Below, piece by piece: positions 27,461 through 37,440 of a stretch of 64,000 nucleotides of DNA (positions are counted from its first letter, which is position 1; every line of letters begins with the position of its first letter). The stretch comes from an uncultured Candidatus Saccharibacteria bacterium. GTDB taxonomy: Bacteria; Patescibacteriota; WWE3; UBA101185; UBA10185. The DNA lies in the NCBI GenBank assembly GCA_964385105.1, contig CAYLMU010000001.1, positions 258,252-322,251 of the forward strand, in the 5' to 3' direction. The notes below the pieces were generated by a model, which saw only the letters and a list, made by a program, of their open reading frames with translations, did no database searches and was not told the origin of the DNA. Both the position numbers and the translations under genes were made by a program.

Positions 27461-28750
27461 ATGCAACGAGTTCGTTTAAAGGAAATACATAGACATGTTG
27501 GATTTGAAGTTATAGTGAAAGGGTTTGTACATGCTATTAGGGATCAGGGCAGTATTAAATTTTTAATATTAAGAGATGTTTCAGGGTTGGCACAGGTTGT
27601 TGTGTTAAAAAGTAATTCTGACGTTTTTTCTCAAATTTCTGAACTTACCATTGAATCGGTTGTAGAAATTAAAGGAATTGTAAAAGAAGAAAAACAGGCG
27701 CCTGGAGGTTTTGAAATTGAAGCAAAAGAGATGAAGGTGTTATCGCGTGCTCACGCGGAATTGCCGATTCCTGTGGCGGTTGAAAAAGGCGCCGATGACG
27801 TGGAAATGACAAAAAGGTTTGACTGGAGGTGGCTTGACTTAAGAAAAAGTGAAAAGCAGCAGATATTTAGAGTTTGGACTGATTTTGAAGCAGGTGTTAG
27901 GAAATATTTTGCAGATTCCAACTATTTTCAATTATATTCACCTTCTTTTATGAGCACACCAAGTGAATCAGGGGCTGAAGTATTTGCAGTAAAATATTTT
28001 GACAGGTTTGCATATTTGGCTCAATCTCCACAATTCTACAAACAAATGGCCATGGCTGCAGGTTTTGAAAAAGTTTTTATGACAGGACCGGTGTTTAGAG
28101 CAGAGCCGTCATACACATCAAGACACATGACTGAATTTACCGGTTTGGATTTTGAAATTTCGTACATAGATTCACATTACGATGTAATGGCGGAAGAAGA
28201 AAAAATGATGGTAGAAGGATTTAAAAGCGTAAAAGAAGTAGGTTTTGATATTGATATACCTGTCATCCCTTTTCCAAAGGTAACTATGAAAGAAGCAAAA
28301 AACATGTTAAAAGAATCCGGCGTTATTGGTGAAAAAGAACATGACTTAAGCCCAGAAGAAGAAAGAGAGTTGAGCAGAATTATAAAAGAAAGTAAAGGTC
28401 ATGATTTTGTCTTTGTTACAGATTATTCAATTCACGTTAGACCTTTTTACCATATGAGGCACGAAGATGACCCCGAAATCACAAAAAGTTTTGATTTGCT
28501 TTATAAAGGTGTTGAGGTTACAACAGGCGCTCAAAGAGAACATAGAGATGATATTCTTGAAAAACAAGCTATTGAAAAAGGAATGAATCTTGAGTCATTG
28601 GATTATTACATAAACTTTTTTAGATTTGGTTGTCCGCCTCATGGTGGTGTAGGCATTGGCCCGGGTAGAATAATTATGCAGATGTTAGGATTACAAAGTG
28701 TTAAAGAAGCAGCACTTTTACCAAGAGACGTAAAAAGAATAAGCCCATAA
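27461..28750 (+). CDS. aspS: Aspartate--tRNA ligase, archaeal/eukaryal type (class IIb). SD AAGGAGG then ATG at 27461; the ORF track starts at TTG 27425.
   Basis: Motif 2 FRAEPSYTSRHMTEFTGLDFE (compare yeast AspRS FRAENSNTHRHMTEFTGLD), QSPQFYKQ, motif 3 GCPPHGGVGIGPGR; ~430 aa, not the ~590-aa bacterial type. Confidence 0.78.
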   Translation: MQRVRLKEIHRHVGFEVIVKGFVHAIRDQGSIKFLILRDVSGLAQVVVLKSNSDVFSQISELTIESVVEIKGIVKEEKQAPGGFEIEAKEMKVLSRAHAELPIPVAVEKGADDVEMTKRFDWRWLDLRKSEKQQIFRVWTDFEAGVRKYFADSNYFQLYSPSFMSTPSESGAEVFAVKYFDRFAYLAQSPQFYKQMAMAAGFEKVFMTGPVFRAEPSYTSRHMTEFTGLDFEISYIDSHYDVMAEEEKMMVEGFKSVKEVGFDIDIPVIPFPKVTMKEAKNMLKESGVIGEKEHDLSPEEERELSRIIKESKGHDFVFVTDYSIHVRPFYHMRHEDDPEITKSFDLLYKGVEVTTGAQREHRDDILEKQAIEKGMNLESLDYYINFFRFGCPPHGGVGIGPGRIIMQMLGLQSVKEAALLPRDVKRISP

Positions 28751-28775
28751 TTGAACCTGTGGTATCATCTATAAC

Positions 28776-29801
28776 ATGAGTTTTACAGCCCAAGATATTA
28801 AGCTCTTTGCGCTTAAAATTTTTCTGGAAATATTACTTTTTATTGATTTTTTGGAAGAGTTGCCTTCTAAATTTTTAAAATATTCATTACGCGCTATGTT
28901 TTTGTCACTAATATTTGCCGCCTTTTTTTCATTTTTTGCTTATGAGTCTGCTACTCACAGCTACCATAACATGGTTGCATATTTATTAATTCCCGAGTTG
29001 AGAAATTCCGCGTCGACGGCACTTCCGGTATATCCTAAGTTAAGAGAAAATATTGAATTCCCTCAAATCAGTGCAAAATCACTGCTTGTCGTAGATAACA
29101 AAAATCACAAAATTTTATATGAACTGAATTCAAATAATCCTTTACCTCCGGCTTCTACCACAAAATTAATGACGGCACTTGTAGTTTTAGATTCAGGTGT
29201 TGATTTATCAAATGTTGTTGTTATGCCCGAAGTATGTGTGCAAATTGAGTCGCAAAAAGTGGGTTTTTTGCCCGAAGAATTAGTAAGTGTGAACGACTTA
29301 TTATATAGCTTACTGGTGAGTTCGGCCGGTGATGCTGCATGTGCTTTGGCTTATAACACACTAGATTCCTACGACGCGTTTATATCTCAAATGAACAAAA
29401 AAGCGATGGATTTTAATTTAAAAAACACATTCTTTACAAATCCGATAGGGCTTGATGATCCAAATGGCTTACATGTTTCATCTGCTAATGATTTGTACGT
29501 GTTGACCGAAAATGTGTTAACTAACCCGCACGTTCAACAAATAATTCAAACAAAAGATTACAATATTACTACAGGCCATAATGTTAGAAAAATATTTAAC
29601 ACTAATGATATGTTATGGGATGTTCCCGGCACTGTAGGCGTGAAAACCGGAAGAACTTATGGTGCCGGGGAAGTGTTGATATATGAATATAAAAAAGATG
29701 CAGCAGACTTGATTATTGTTGTTATGGGAAGTGATGATAGATTTGAAGATACCAAAAAGATACTTGATTGGTCACTTAGAAGTTATGACTTTGGGAACTA
29801 A
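28776..29801 (+). CDS. D-alanyl-D-alanine carboxypeptidase (S11 family, PBP5-like), membrane anchored
   Basis: SxxK (ASTTK), KTG (KTGRT) and SAGD motifs; N-terminal TM. Confidence 0.75.
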   Translation: MSFTAQDIKLFALKIFLEILLFIDFLEELPSKFLKYSLRAMFLSLIFAAFFSFFAYESATHSYHNMVAYLLIPELRNSASTALPVYPKLRENIEFPQISAKSLLVVDNKNHKILYELNSNNPLPPASTTKLMTALVVLDSGVDLSNVVVMPEVCVQIESQKVGFLPEELVSVNDLLYSLLVSSAGDAACALAYNTLDSYDAFISQMNKKAMDFNLKNTFFTNPIGLDDPNGLHVSSANDLYVLTENVLTNPHVQQIIQTKDYNITTGHNVRKIFNTNDMLWDVPGTVGVKTGRTYGAGEVLIYEYKKDAADLIIVVMGSDDRFEDTKKILDWSLRSYDFGN

Positions 29802-30967
29802 TTTTGTTGAGTTTCTTGAGTGGGCTCCTGAGTTTCGAGCGGTATTACGTATTGCCCCGGAATTGCAGGGTAATAAAGGGTAATATTTCCTCCGGGACTG
29901 TTTCCTACATTATAGCTGCCTTCAAAAACGTAAATCGGTTGAATGTATTTTTGTCTTTCGGGTGTGTCGTAATATGCAAGATAAATGTTATTAATCAGCA
30001 CTTTATCAATTCTTGTAGGTACATAATTGTTAAAAATAGAAGAATTAACAGGTGTAATGTTTGTAATAACGCCTCTATTTTCTTGCGAAACTGCATGCCA
30101 TGCTTCTGCAACACCAATTATTGGATAAGTTGCACGTTGGTTTCCTGTTGTTGAAATAATTTCCCATTCTGAGTAGTTAATTAAAGAATGATTTAACACT
30201 ATACTTGCATCTTTTGGTCTGCTTACAGTAATATTTATTAATCCCTTTGCAGGGTCAGGGCCAAGAACCGTGTAATCGTTTATGTCTCTGAAAAAATCAA
30301 CTCGTGCCAATTCGGTATCAAGACTCCCGCTTCTGATAATTCCGTTTCCTTGAATCTTGCCCATAGTAACTGTTTGAGTACCCTCATTATAAAGAGTGTC
30401 ATATAATCGCCCGATTGATCTTAATGATTGAAAAGCCCAGTTTAAAGCAGCACTTTCAGTTACTGAACCGGGAACCATATACTGTTTTTTGTCACCCAAT
30501 GGTGTGTTTAATGTGAGTTTTTTGGTATTAATATCTATTTCCAACATGGCGTTTGTTTCAGTGTCGCGCCACCTATAAGTGTCGCCCTTTAGGTCTGTAA
30601 TTAACTCATCATCAGTAAAACCAAGAATTGCCGCATGTTGTTGAGCCAGTTTGCCGGCAGAATATGAAAATGCTGGTGTAGCGGTAGGATATACAACCAT
30701 ACTTGCAGGAAATCCCGCAGGAAGCCGACCGTCTTTTGTGTTGAGTTCAAAATTTAAAGGTTGGGTGTTTGTAATAGCTTTTTCAACAAATTCTAATGGT
30801 GGAAGCTGGCCATAAATCACATTAGGTGGGTTTCTAGGTGGGAATAACGTTTTAACCAATCCTTTGGCACCGGGGGCTAAAATAATTATTAGAAGATATA
30901 TTGTGGCAGCACCCAGAATTCCGGCTATAATTTTTCTGGCATAAAAGGCCACTTCGGTCAATGTCAT
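29798..30967 (-). CDS. Hypothetical membrane-anchored extracytoplasmic protein (no recognised family)
   Basis: 389-aa ORF, N-terminal TM then a polar Asn/Thr-rich domain; convergent and overlapping 4 nt with the dacA-like gene. Confidence 0.5.
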   Translation of the reverse strand: MTLTEVAFYARKIIAGILGAATIYLLIIILAPGAKGLVKTLFPPRNPPNVIYGQLPPLEFVEKAITNTQPLNFELNTKDGRLPAGFPASMVVYPTATPAFSYSAGKLAQQHAAILGFTDDELITDLKGDTYRWRDTETNAMLEIDINTKKLTLNTPLGDKKQYMVPGSVTESAALNWAFQSLRSIGRLYDTLYNEGTQTVTMGKIQGNGIIRSGSLDTELARVDFFRDINDYTVLGPDPAKGLINITVSRPKDASIVLNHSLINYSEWEIISTTGNQRATYPIIGVAEAWHAVSQENRGVITNITPVNSSIFNNYVPTRIDKVLINNIYLAYYDTPERQKYIQPIYVFEGSYNVGNSPGGNITLYYPAIPGQYVIPLETQEPTQETQQN

Positions 30968-31023
30968 TCAATATTATTTTGCCTTAAAACAGCACTAAAA
31001 GCAAAATATGATAAAATGCTTTT

Positions 31024-32451
31024 ATGACGGTAAGAACAAGAATGGCTCCCAGTCCTACAGGCGAATATCATATCGGCGGATTACGAACTTTTTTGTATAA
31101 CTACGCGTTTGCTAAAAAAAATAACGGGGCTATGATTTTGCGAATTGAAGACACTGATAAAGAACGTGAAGTTGAAGGAGTTTTGCAAAGAATAATTGAT
31201 GTTATACATGACTATGGCTTAGGTTGGGATGAAGGACCGTTTATTCAATCTCAACGGCTTGATTTGTATAAAAAACATGGGCAGGAGCTTGTTGAGAAAA
31301 ACCATGCATATTATTGTTTTTGTTCACCTGAAAGGTTAAAAAATCTACGTGAGCAGCAGATTAGTGAGGGCAAAATAACCAAATATGACAGACATTGCTT
31401 AAAACTTACACATGATGAGGTCAAAAAAAAGCTTGAGACTGGCGAAAATTATGTAATTAGAATGAAAGCTCCCGATGATGTGGCAATTTCTTGGAATGAT
31501 GAGATTTTGGGGGAGATTACTATAAATTCATCCGAGCTTGATGATCAGGTTTTGTTAAAGTCCGACGGGTATCCGACATATCATTTGGCAGTTGTGGTTG
31601 ATGACCATTATATGAATATATCCCACGTCTTGCGGGGTATGGAGTGGTTACCATCAACACCTAAACATATTTTACTTTTTAACTATTTTGAATGGAATTT
31701 ACCTAAATTTGGACATTTACCCAATCTAAAAGAAGTAGGATCAAACAAAAAACTTTCTAAGAGATTTGGTGATGTTCATGCAGAAAAGTTTTTGGAAAAC
31801 GGTTATCTGCCGGAAGCAGTTTTGAATTTTGTAATGTTTTTAGGCTGGAATCCCGGAACCGACCAAGAAGTTTATTCACTTGAGGAGTTTATAAATGATT
31901 TTACGCTTGAAAGAGTTCATAAGACTGATCTTGTAGCTTTTGATAGGGAAAAACTTGTGTGGTATAACGGTGTTTATATTAGAAACATGTCACCTGAATC
32001 GTTGTGGGAGCGCATAAAACAATGGGCAGAAAAATACTCTGTTAATCTGGTATCAGAAGGATTTGACGATGATTATGTAATTAAAGTATTGAGTACGGTT
32101 CAAGAAAGGATGAAGTTATTAAGCGAATTTAATTTATTGACTGAGTATTTCTTTACCGATAAGTTTACTGTTAATAGTGCAGATTTGGCTAAATTTGCTA
32201 AAGATAAAACCACTCAAATCTTGAAATTATTTATTGATGAATATTCAAAAGTAGATGAAAGTTTATGGAATAGCGAAAACTTAGACAGTCTGTCTCATGA
32301 AGTTATCAATAATCATGGTTATAAACCAAAAGAAGCGTTTATGACAATTAGAATTGCTGTTACGGGGAATACAGCTACACCACCTTTGTTTGATGTATTG
32401 GAATTGCTTGGTAAGGAAGAAGTTTTAAAAAGGCTAAATTTAAATGTTTGA
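31024..32451 (+). CDS. gltX: Glutamate--tRNA ligase
   Basis: HIGH motif (PSPTGEYHIGGLRT), KMSKS variant KLSKR; 475 aa. Confidence 0.9.
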   Translation: MTVRTRMAPSPTGEYHIGGLRTFLYNYAFAKKNNGAMILRIEDTDKEREVEGVLQRIIDVIHDYGLGWDEGPFIQSQRLDLYKKHGQELVEKNHAYYCFCSPERLKNLREQQISEGKITKYDRHCLKLTHDEVKKKLETGENYVIRMKAPDDVAISWNDEILGEITINSSELDDQVLLKSDGYPTYHLAVVVDDHYMNISHVLRGMEWLPSTPKHILLFNYFEWNLPKFGHLPNLKEVGSNKKLSKRFGDVHAEKFLENGYLPEAVLNFVMFLGWNPGTDQEVYSLEEFINDFTLERVHKTDLVAFDREKLVWYNGVYIRNMSPESLWERIKQWAEKYSVNLVSEGFDDDYVIKVLSTVQERMKLLSEFNLLTEYFFTDKFTVNSADLAKFAKDKTTQILKLFIDEYSKVDESLWNSENLDSLSHEVINNHGYKPKEAFMTIRIAVTGNTATPPLFDVLELLGKEEVLKRLNLNV

Positions 32452-32455
32452 AAAT

Positions 32456-32554
32456 TTACTTATTTGAGCCAAAAATACTGGTAATAGCCTGTATAACACT
32501 TGTAATAACTCCATCAACTATTGCTTCTATTACATCTGCCATTGCTTTCATCAT
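32456..32554 (-). CDS. Candidate leaderless small amphipathic protein (32 aa), speculative
   Basis: My manual translation gives MMKAMADVIEAIVDGVITSVIQAITSIFGSNK; the minus strand upstream reads TTGACT - 17 nt - TATATT ending 6 nt before the ATG; no SD. Confidence 0.25.
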   Translation of the reverse strand: MMKAMADVIEAIVDGVITSVIQAITSIFGSNK

Positions 32555-32697
32555 AAGCTAAATATAGCGCCATTACAATAAAAAGTCAAGGGGCTTATTG
32601 ATTGTAATATCTAGTGAAAATAGACTTATAGGCGTTGTAAAGGTGGGGTTTTTTGATACAATTCAAGTTAGAAATTTTTTTAGAAATGGAGATTAAA

Positions 32698-33780
32698 ATG
32701 GCAAAAAGTAAAAAAGATAATACCTCAAACGTAAATGATGTAGATAAAAATAAAGAATTAGCGCTGAAATCAGCACTTTCTCAAATAGAAAAAAATTTTG
32801 GTAAAGGTTCAATAATGAAACTTGGAGACCGCCCGACAGAAAAGAATGTTCCTGCAATTCCAACAGGTGCTATAGCATTAGATATGGCATTAGGTGTAGG
32901 AGGCATACCCAGAGGAAGAATTGTTGAATTATATGGCCCTGAATCATCAGGTAAAACAACTTTAGTCCAACATATAATTGCAGAAGCTCAGGAGCAGGGG
33001 GGAACAGCAGCGCTTATAGATGCCGAGCATGCTTTTGATCCTGTATATGCTGAAAAAACCGGAGTTGATGTTGATAATCTGTTAATTTCACAGCCGGATA
33101 CAGGTGAACAGGCCTTGGAAATTGCAGAAACGTTAATCAGATCTAATGCGGTTGATTTGATAGCAATAGACTCAGTTGCTGCTTTAACGCCTCGAGCTGA
33201 AATTGAAGGTGACATTGGAGACAGTCATATTGCTTTACAAGCCAGATTAATGAGTCATGCTTTAAGAAAAATAACCGGAGCCATAAACAAGTCCAACTGT
33301 ACAGTTATATTCACAAATCAATTAAGAACCAAGGTTGGTGTAATGTTTGGAAATCCTGAGGTGACTCCCGGTGGTAGAGCTTTAAAATTTTATGCATCCG
33401 TGCGAATGGAAATTAGAAGGATTCAAACAATAACCGAAGGATCAGATGCAGAAGGTATAAAAGTCAGAGTTAAAGTCGTTAAAAACAAAGTAGCACCTCC
33501 GTTTAGGGTAGCTGAGTTTGACATTATGTTTAATGAAGGAATCAGCAAGGAAGGTAATTTGGTGGATGTAGGTGTTGAAATGGGCGTGGTTAATAAAAGT
33601 GGTGCCTGGTATGACTATGAGGGTGAAAGACTTGGTCAGGGTAGAGAGTCAGCCAAAGCAACTCTTAAGGAAAACAAAAAACTTGCAGATGAAGTAGAAA
33701 AGAAAATCAGAGAAGCTTTATCAAGCGGCAAAGAAATACCTATGGCAATAAGTTCGGATGAGGAAGAAATTAGTGAATAA
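32698..33780 (+). CDS. recA: Recombinase RecA (SD GGAG then ATG at 32698; the ORF track starts at 32653)
   Basis: [18 protein letters not shown], Walker [11 protein letters not shown]1/L2 loop motifs. Confidence 0.95.
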   Translation: MAKSKKDNTSNVNDVDKNKELALKSALSQIEKNFGKGSIMKLGDRPTEKNVPAIPTGAIALDMALGVGGIPRGRIVELYGPESSGKTTLVQHIIAEAQEQGGTAALIDAEHAFDPVYAEKTGVDVDNLLISQPDTGEQALEIAETLIRSNAVDLIAIDSVAALTPRAEIEGDIGDSHIALQARLMSHALRKITGAINKSNCTVIFTNQLRTKVGVMFGNPEVTPGGRALKFYASVRMEIRRIQTITEGSDAEGIKVRVKVVKNKVAPPFRVAEFDIMFNEGISKEGNLVDVGVEMGVVNKSGAWYDYEGERLGQGRESAKATLKENKKLADEVEKKIREALSSGKEIPMAISSDEEEISE

Positions 33781-34286
33781 TGTTTTCTACGGAGAATATT
33801 GAATCAAAGTGTCATGGCGCTGCGCTTAATTTTATAGCAAATCGTCCGCGGACTGAAAAAGAGGTATATGACAAGCTTAAAGTTTTGCTGGAAAAGCATT
33901 ACGGCAAAGGTTCAATAACACTAGAAGAAGGTTCTTTGGTTTTGAATAAAGTAATTTCTTCATTACGAGATGGAAAGCTTTTAAATGATGAAGAATATGC
34001 AAAAACGTATGTGTCACAAAGCATCAGAAAAACAAATCCATTGAGTAAATTTGAAATCATCTCGTTTTTGGCCAGAAAAGGAGTAAATAAAGCAATAATA
34101 ACAGACGCTTTAAGTTTATATGATGATGATGTAGAAAGAAAATCCATTGAAAAAATTGTGAAAAAAAGAATAAAAAACCCAATCATACTTACAGATACAA
34201 AAATGAAGGCAAAACATATTAATTATTTAGTACGACGGGGTTTTTCTTATAATTTAGCTTATGAGGTTCTAAGCAACTCAATTTGA
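33780..34286 (+). CDS. recX: RecX-like regulatory protein
   Basis: 168 aa helical-repeat protein immediately after recA, start overlapping the recA stop; LNFIANRPRTEKEV... repeats resemble RecX. Confidence 0.65.
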   Translation: MFSTENIESKCHGAALNFIANRPRTEKEVYDKLKVLLEKHYGKGSITLEEGSLVLNKVISSLRDGKLLNDEEYAKTYVSQSIRKTNPLSKFEIISFLARKGVNKAIITDALSLYDDDVERKSIEKIVKKRIKNPIILTDTKMKAKHINYLVRRGFSYNLAYEVLSNSI

Positions 34287-34510
34287 CACAAAAACTAAAA
34301 GAATCTACAATCAGTACAGGAATTTTGCTGTAATAACGGCATTACTTATTGAGTTAGCGGAAAATTATGTACAGAACAAAAAAGCTATTAAAACAAATTT
34401 ATACATCTAAAATATTTATTGGTTTTGAGGAACTTACTGTTCTAACCCCTAACATGCGTAAGTAAGCCTTTACAGCTAGTATTTGATTATTAGCCAAATT
34501 TAGGAGGCGC

Positions 34511-36088
34511 ATGGAAAATTTACTTTTAGTTATAGTTGCAGTGGTAATCCTATCGGGGTCAATAGGTACTGCCGTGTATTTCGCACTTACCAAAACAAAA
34601 AAATCAGAAGACACAGAAACTGTCAGTGCTGTAGTAAAGGAAGCAGCAAATATTTCTAGTACAGATGATGCAGTTTCTAAGCAACAGATTGTAATTGAAG
34701 CAAGAGCCAAAGCTAAAGAGATGATTATAGAGGCAAAGGATGCTGCTTTTAAAATAAAGACTGAAGCTGAAAAGCAGGCTCAGGAACTTAAAAAAAATCT
34801 TGAAGGAAAAGAAAAGGATCTTGCAATAAAGGAAACTGAGATTAACGTAAAAGAAAAGGAAATTAAAGATAGACAGGAAGAAGTAAAAGTATTAAAAGAA
34901 TCAATCGAGAAAAAGATTGAAAAAATCGATGTATTAACTAGACAAAAAAAAGAAAGTCTGGAAAAAGTCGCTAATTTAACTAGAGAAGAAGCACGTGAAG
35001 AACTCCTTGAAGCTTTTGATAAAGAATTGGCTGAAGAAAAGAGTAAAAGAATAAGAGCAATTGAAGAAGAAATCAAGAAAAATAAAGAAACTATGGCTCA
35101 AGAAATTTTAATTGATGCCATGAGACATGGAGCTACGGATTATGTGGTTCAGCATACCACCTCACATGTAAAACTCCCCGATGATGAAATAAAAGGCAGA
35201 ATAATTGGTAAAGAAGGTAGAAACATACGTAAATTTGAAGAACTCACCGGAGTTGAGCTTGACTTGGATTCGGCACCGGGGGAGGTAATTATTTCATCAT
35301 TTGATCCGGTAAGAAGAGAAATAGCAAGAGCAGCATTAGAAAAACTTATTGTAGACGGAAGAATACAGCCAACCAGAATTGAAGAATTAGTAGAAAAAAC
35401 TCAAGAGGAAATCGATCAGATGATGTATAAAGAAGGCGATAACTTATGTCACAGGGTGGGAGTTTACAATATTCCGGATGATTTGGTGAGAATGCTGGGA
35501 AGATTTAAGTACAGATTTTCTTATGGCCAAAACATGATTGAACATACACTTGAAGAAACACGAATAGGTGTGGCGATTGCAAAAGAGTTAAAAGCCGATG
35601 CCGAGGTAGTGAAGCTTGGATGTTTATTTCATGACATAGGAAAAGTTGTAAGCGACGAAGAAGGCACACATGTTGAGCTTGGGGTAGATTTATTAAAGAA
35701 ATACAAAATAGCCGAACCGGTTGTAAATGCCGTAGCAGAACATCATGAAGATAAGCCTTTTAGTTCTATTGAATCTGCAATTGTGGCGCTTGCTGACCAC
35801 ATAAGCGGTGCAAGACCCGGGGCAAGGTCTGAAGATTACGAATCTTATGCCGAAAGAATGAGAAACCTTGAAGAAGCTGCTATGTCGTTTGACGGAGTGA
35901 AACAAGCTTATGCCATATCGGCAGGGCGTGAAGTGCGAGTGTTTGTTGAACCGGCAAAGGTCGATGATGAAACCACAGCACTTCTGGCCAGGGAAATAGC
36001 TAAAAAAATAGAACTGGAACAATCATATCCCGGAATTGTTAAAGTAACGGTGATTAGAGAAACAAGGTACAGCGACACAGCGAAGTAA
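34511..36088 (+). CDS. rny: Ribonuclease Y
   Basis: N-terminal TM, long coiled-coil, KH domain (GRIIGKEGRNIRKFEELTGV), HD domain (LFHDIGK). Confidence 0.9.
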   Translation: MENLLLVIVAVVILSGSIGTAVYFALTKTKKSEDTETVSAVVKEAANISSTDDAVSKQQIVIEARAKAKEMIIEAKDAAFKIKTEAEKQAQELKKNLEGKEKDLAIKETEINVKEKEIKDRQEEVKVLKESIEKKIEKIDVLTRQKKESLEKVANLTREEAREELLEAFDKELAEEKSKRIRAIEEEIKKNKETMAQEILIDAMRHGATDYVVQHTTSHVKLPDDEIKGRIIGKEGRNIRKFEELTGVELDLDSAPGEVIISSFDPVRREIARAALEKLIVDGRIQPTRIEELVEKTQEEIDQMMYKEGDNLCHRVGVYNIPDDLVRMLGRFKYRFSYGQNMIEHTLEETRIGVAIAKELKADAEVVKLGCLFHDIGKVVSDEEGTHVELGVDLLKKYKIAEPVVNAVAEHHEDKPFSSIESAIVALADHISGARPGARSEDYESYAERMRNLEEAAMSFDGVKQAYAISAGREVRVFVEPAKVDDETTALLAREIAKKIELEQSYPGIVKVTVIRETRYSDTAK

Positions 36089-36096
36089 ATCTGCAC

Positions 36097-36279
36097 ATGT
36101 ATTATTTGCTGCTGTTTCTGCTTATTTTGATTTTGGCATCTGTTGTTGGATTCCTGGTTCATTCGGTTGCTAAAGGGTGTTTAATCGTTATATTTGTAAT
36201 AATTGTTGGACTTTTTATTTTTTTCCTTATAAAATCAACAATAGAACCAGTTGAGTTATTTAACGTTATGTTAAATTAG
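36097..36279 (+). CDS. Small two-TM membrane protein (60 aa), hypothetical
   Basis: Two hydrophobic helices; wedged between rny and ymdB with 8-nt and 4-nt gaps. Confidence 0.35.
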   Translation: MYYLLLFLLILILASVVGFLVHSVAKGCLIVIFVIIVGLFIFFLIKSTIEPVELFNVMLN

Positions 36280-36283
36280 AACC

Positions 36284-37066
36284 ATGAAATTTTTAATAAT
36301 AGGAGATATAGTTGCACAGCCGGGCAGAAAAGCAATAAGTGAAACTCTGCCTCAATTAAGGCAGGAATTAAACCCTGATTTGGTAATTGCAAATGTGGAA
36401 AATCTTGCACATGGCAGAGGAATAACTAAAGTCACTTTAGATGAAATGCACCTACACGGTGTAGAATTTTTTACCGGCGGCGATCACATTTTTTGGCAAA
36501 GAGAGCTATTGAATGAATTTTCTGATTTACCCCTTGTACGGCCTGCCAACTATCCAGAAGGCACTCCGGGAAATGGTTATAAGATTTTAGATATTGGAAA
36601 AAACGGAAAAGTGCTTATAATAAACTTAATGGGCAGGACATCTTTTGGTGGTACAGCTACATATTTAAATTGTCCCTTTAGAACCGCTGACCTTATTTTA
36701 GAAGAAGTATCATCACATAACGACATTTCACACACAATAATTGACTTTCATGCCGAAGCCACAAGCGAGAAGTATGCTTTTGCATTTTATATGGATGGTA
36801 GAGCAAATATTGTTTATGGAACTCATACTCATGTACCTACATGTGACCAAAGAGTTTTACCGCGAGGAACATATTATGTAAGTGATATCGGAATGACAGG
36901 TAATATTGATACAGTATTGGGCGTTAGAACGGAAATAGTACAACAAGTGTTTTTAACTGCACAAAATCAAAAATTTGAATGGGAAGAACAAGGACAAAAA
37001 GCTTTTAGAAGCATTTTTGTTGATACCGAACAAAAGACTATTGAGCGGGTAGACAGATATCTATAA
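36284..37066 (+). CDS. ymdB: YmdB-like metallophosphoesterase (2',3'-cyclic-nucleotide phosphodiesterase family)
   Basis: IIGDIVAQPGR, GDHIFW and NVENLAHGRGIT metallophosphatase motifs; rny-ymdB synteny as in Bacillus. Confidence 0.8.
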   Translation: MKFLIIGDIVAQPGRKAISETLPQLRQELNPDLVIANVENLAHGRGITKVTLDEMHLHGVEFFTGGDHIFWQRELLNEFSDLPLVRPANYPEGTPGNGYKILDIGKNGKVLIINLMGRTSFGGTATYLNCPFRTADLILEEVSSHNDISHTIIDFHAEATSEKYAFAFYMDGRANIVYGTHTHVPTCDQRVLPRGTYYVSDIGMTGNIDTVLGVRTEIVQQVFLTAQNQKFEWEEQGQKAFRSIFVDTEQKTIERVDRYL

Positions 37067-37120
37067 AGCCAGGTAGTTTTTTTCGCTAACCGCGAACAAA
37101 TTTGAAAGGGGGTGTAAACT

Positions 37121-37393
37121 GTGACAAAACAAGAAATAGTAAATCAGTTATCTGATAAAGCAGGTATGACTAAAGTTGATGCTAACAAAGCATTAGATGC
37201 ATTGACAGAAATAATCTCAGATGCATTAGCAAAAGGAGAAAAAGTAACTTGGACTGGCTTCGGAACATTCGAAGTTAGATCAAGAGCTGCCAGAATGGGA
37301 AGGAATCCCCAAACCGGATCTCCGTTACACATTCCTGAAACTAAGACACCGGCTTTCAAAGCAGGAAAAGGTCTTAAGGATGCTGTTAAATAA
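37121..37393 (+). CDS. hup: DNA-binding protein HU
   Basis: 90 aa; GFGTFEVRSRAARMGRNPQTG arm motif; GTG start with a GGGGG SD. Confidence 0.9.
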   Translation: MTKQEIVNQLSDKAGMTKVDANKALDALTEIISDALAKGEKVTWTGFGTFEVRSRAARMGRNPQTGSPLHIPETKTPAFKAGKGLKDAVK

Positions 37394-37414
37394 TTAACTG
37401 CTATCTCAGAAAAC

Positions 37415-37440
37415 AAGGCGGGCTTTTAGCCCGCCTTTTG
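37415..37440. terminator. Bidirectional intrinsic terminator (AAGGCGGGC-TTTTA-GCCCGCCTT) shared by hup (+) and the histidine-kinase operon (-)
   Basis: Perfect 9-bp GC-rich stem with T-runs on both sides, lying between convergent genes. Confidence 0.85.

Noticed and set aside
32452-32697. LexA/Cheo-box (GAAC-N4-GTTC) SOS operator upstream of recA
   Set aside because: No such palindrome is present in the spacer, and no lexA-like gene is visible in the window.
34367-34465. 32-aa basic ORF (MYRTKKLLKQIYTSKIFIGFEELTVLTPNMRK) in the 224-nt recX-rny spacer
   Set aside because: It has no RBS and no promoter-like hexamers. Its composition is typical of random AT-rich sequence. It is mentioned only because the spacer is unusually long.
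36097-36279. Treating the 60-aa ORF between rny and ymdB as noise
   Set aside because: Not rejected outright. It is kept as a low-confidence CDS because its spacing (8 nt and 4 nt) is operon-like and it encodes two clean TM helices. But it is unverifiable without conservation data.
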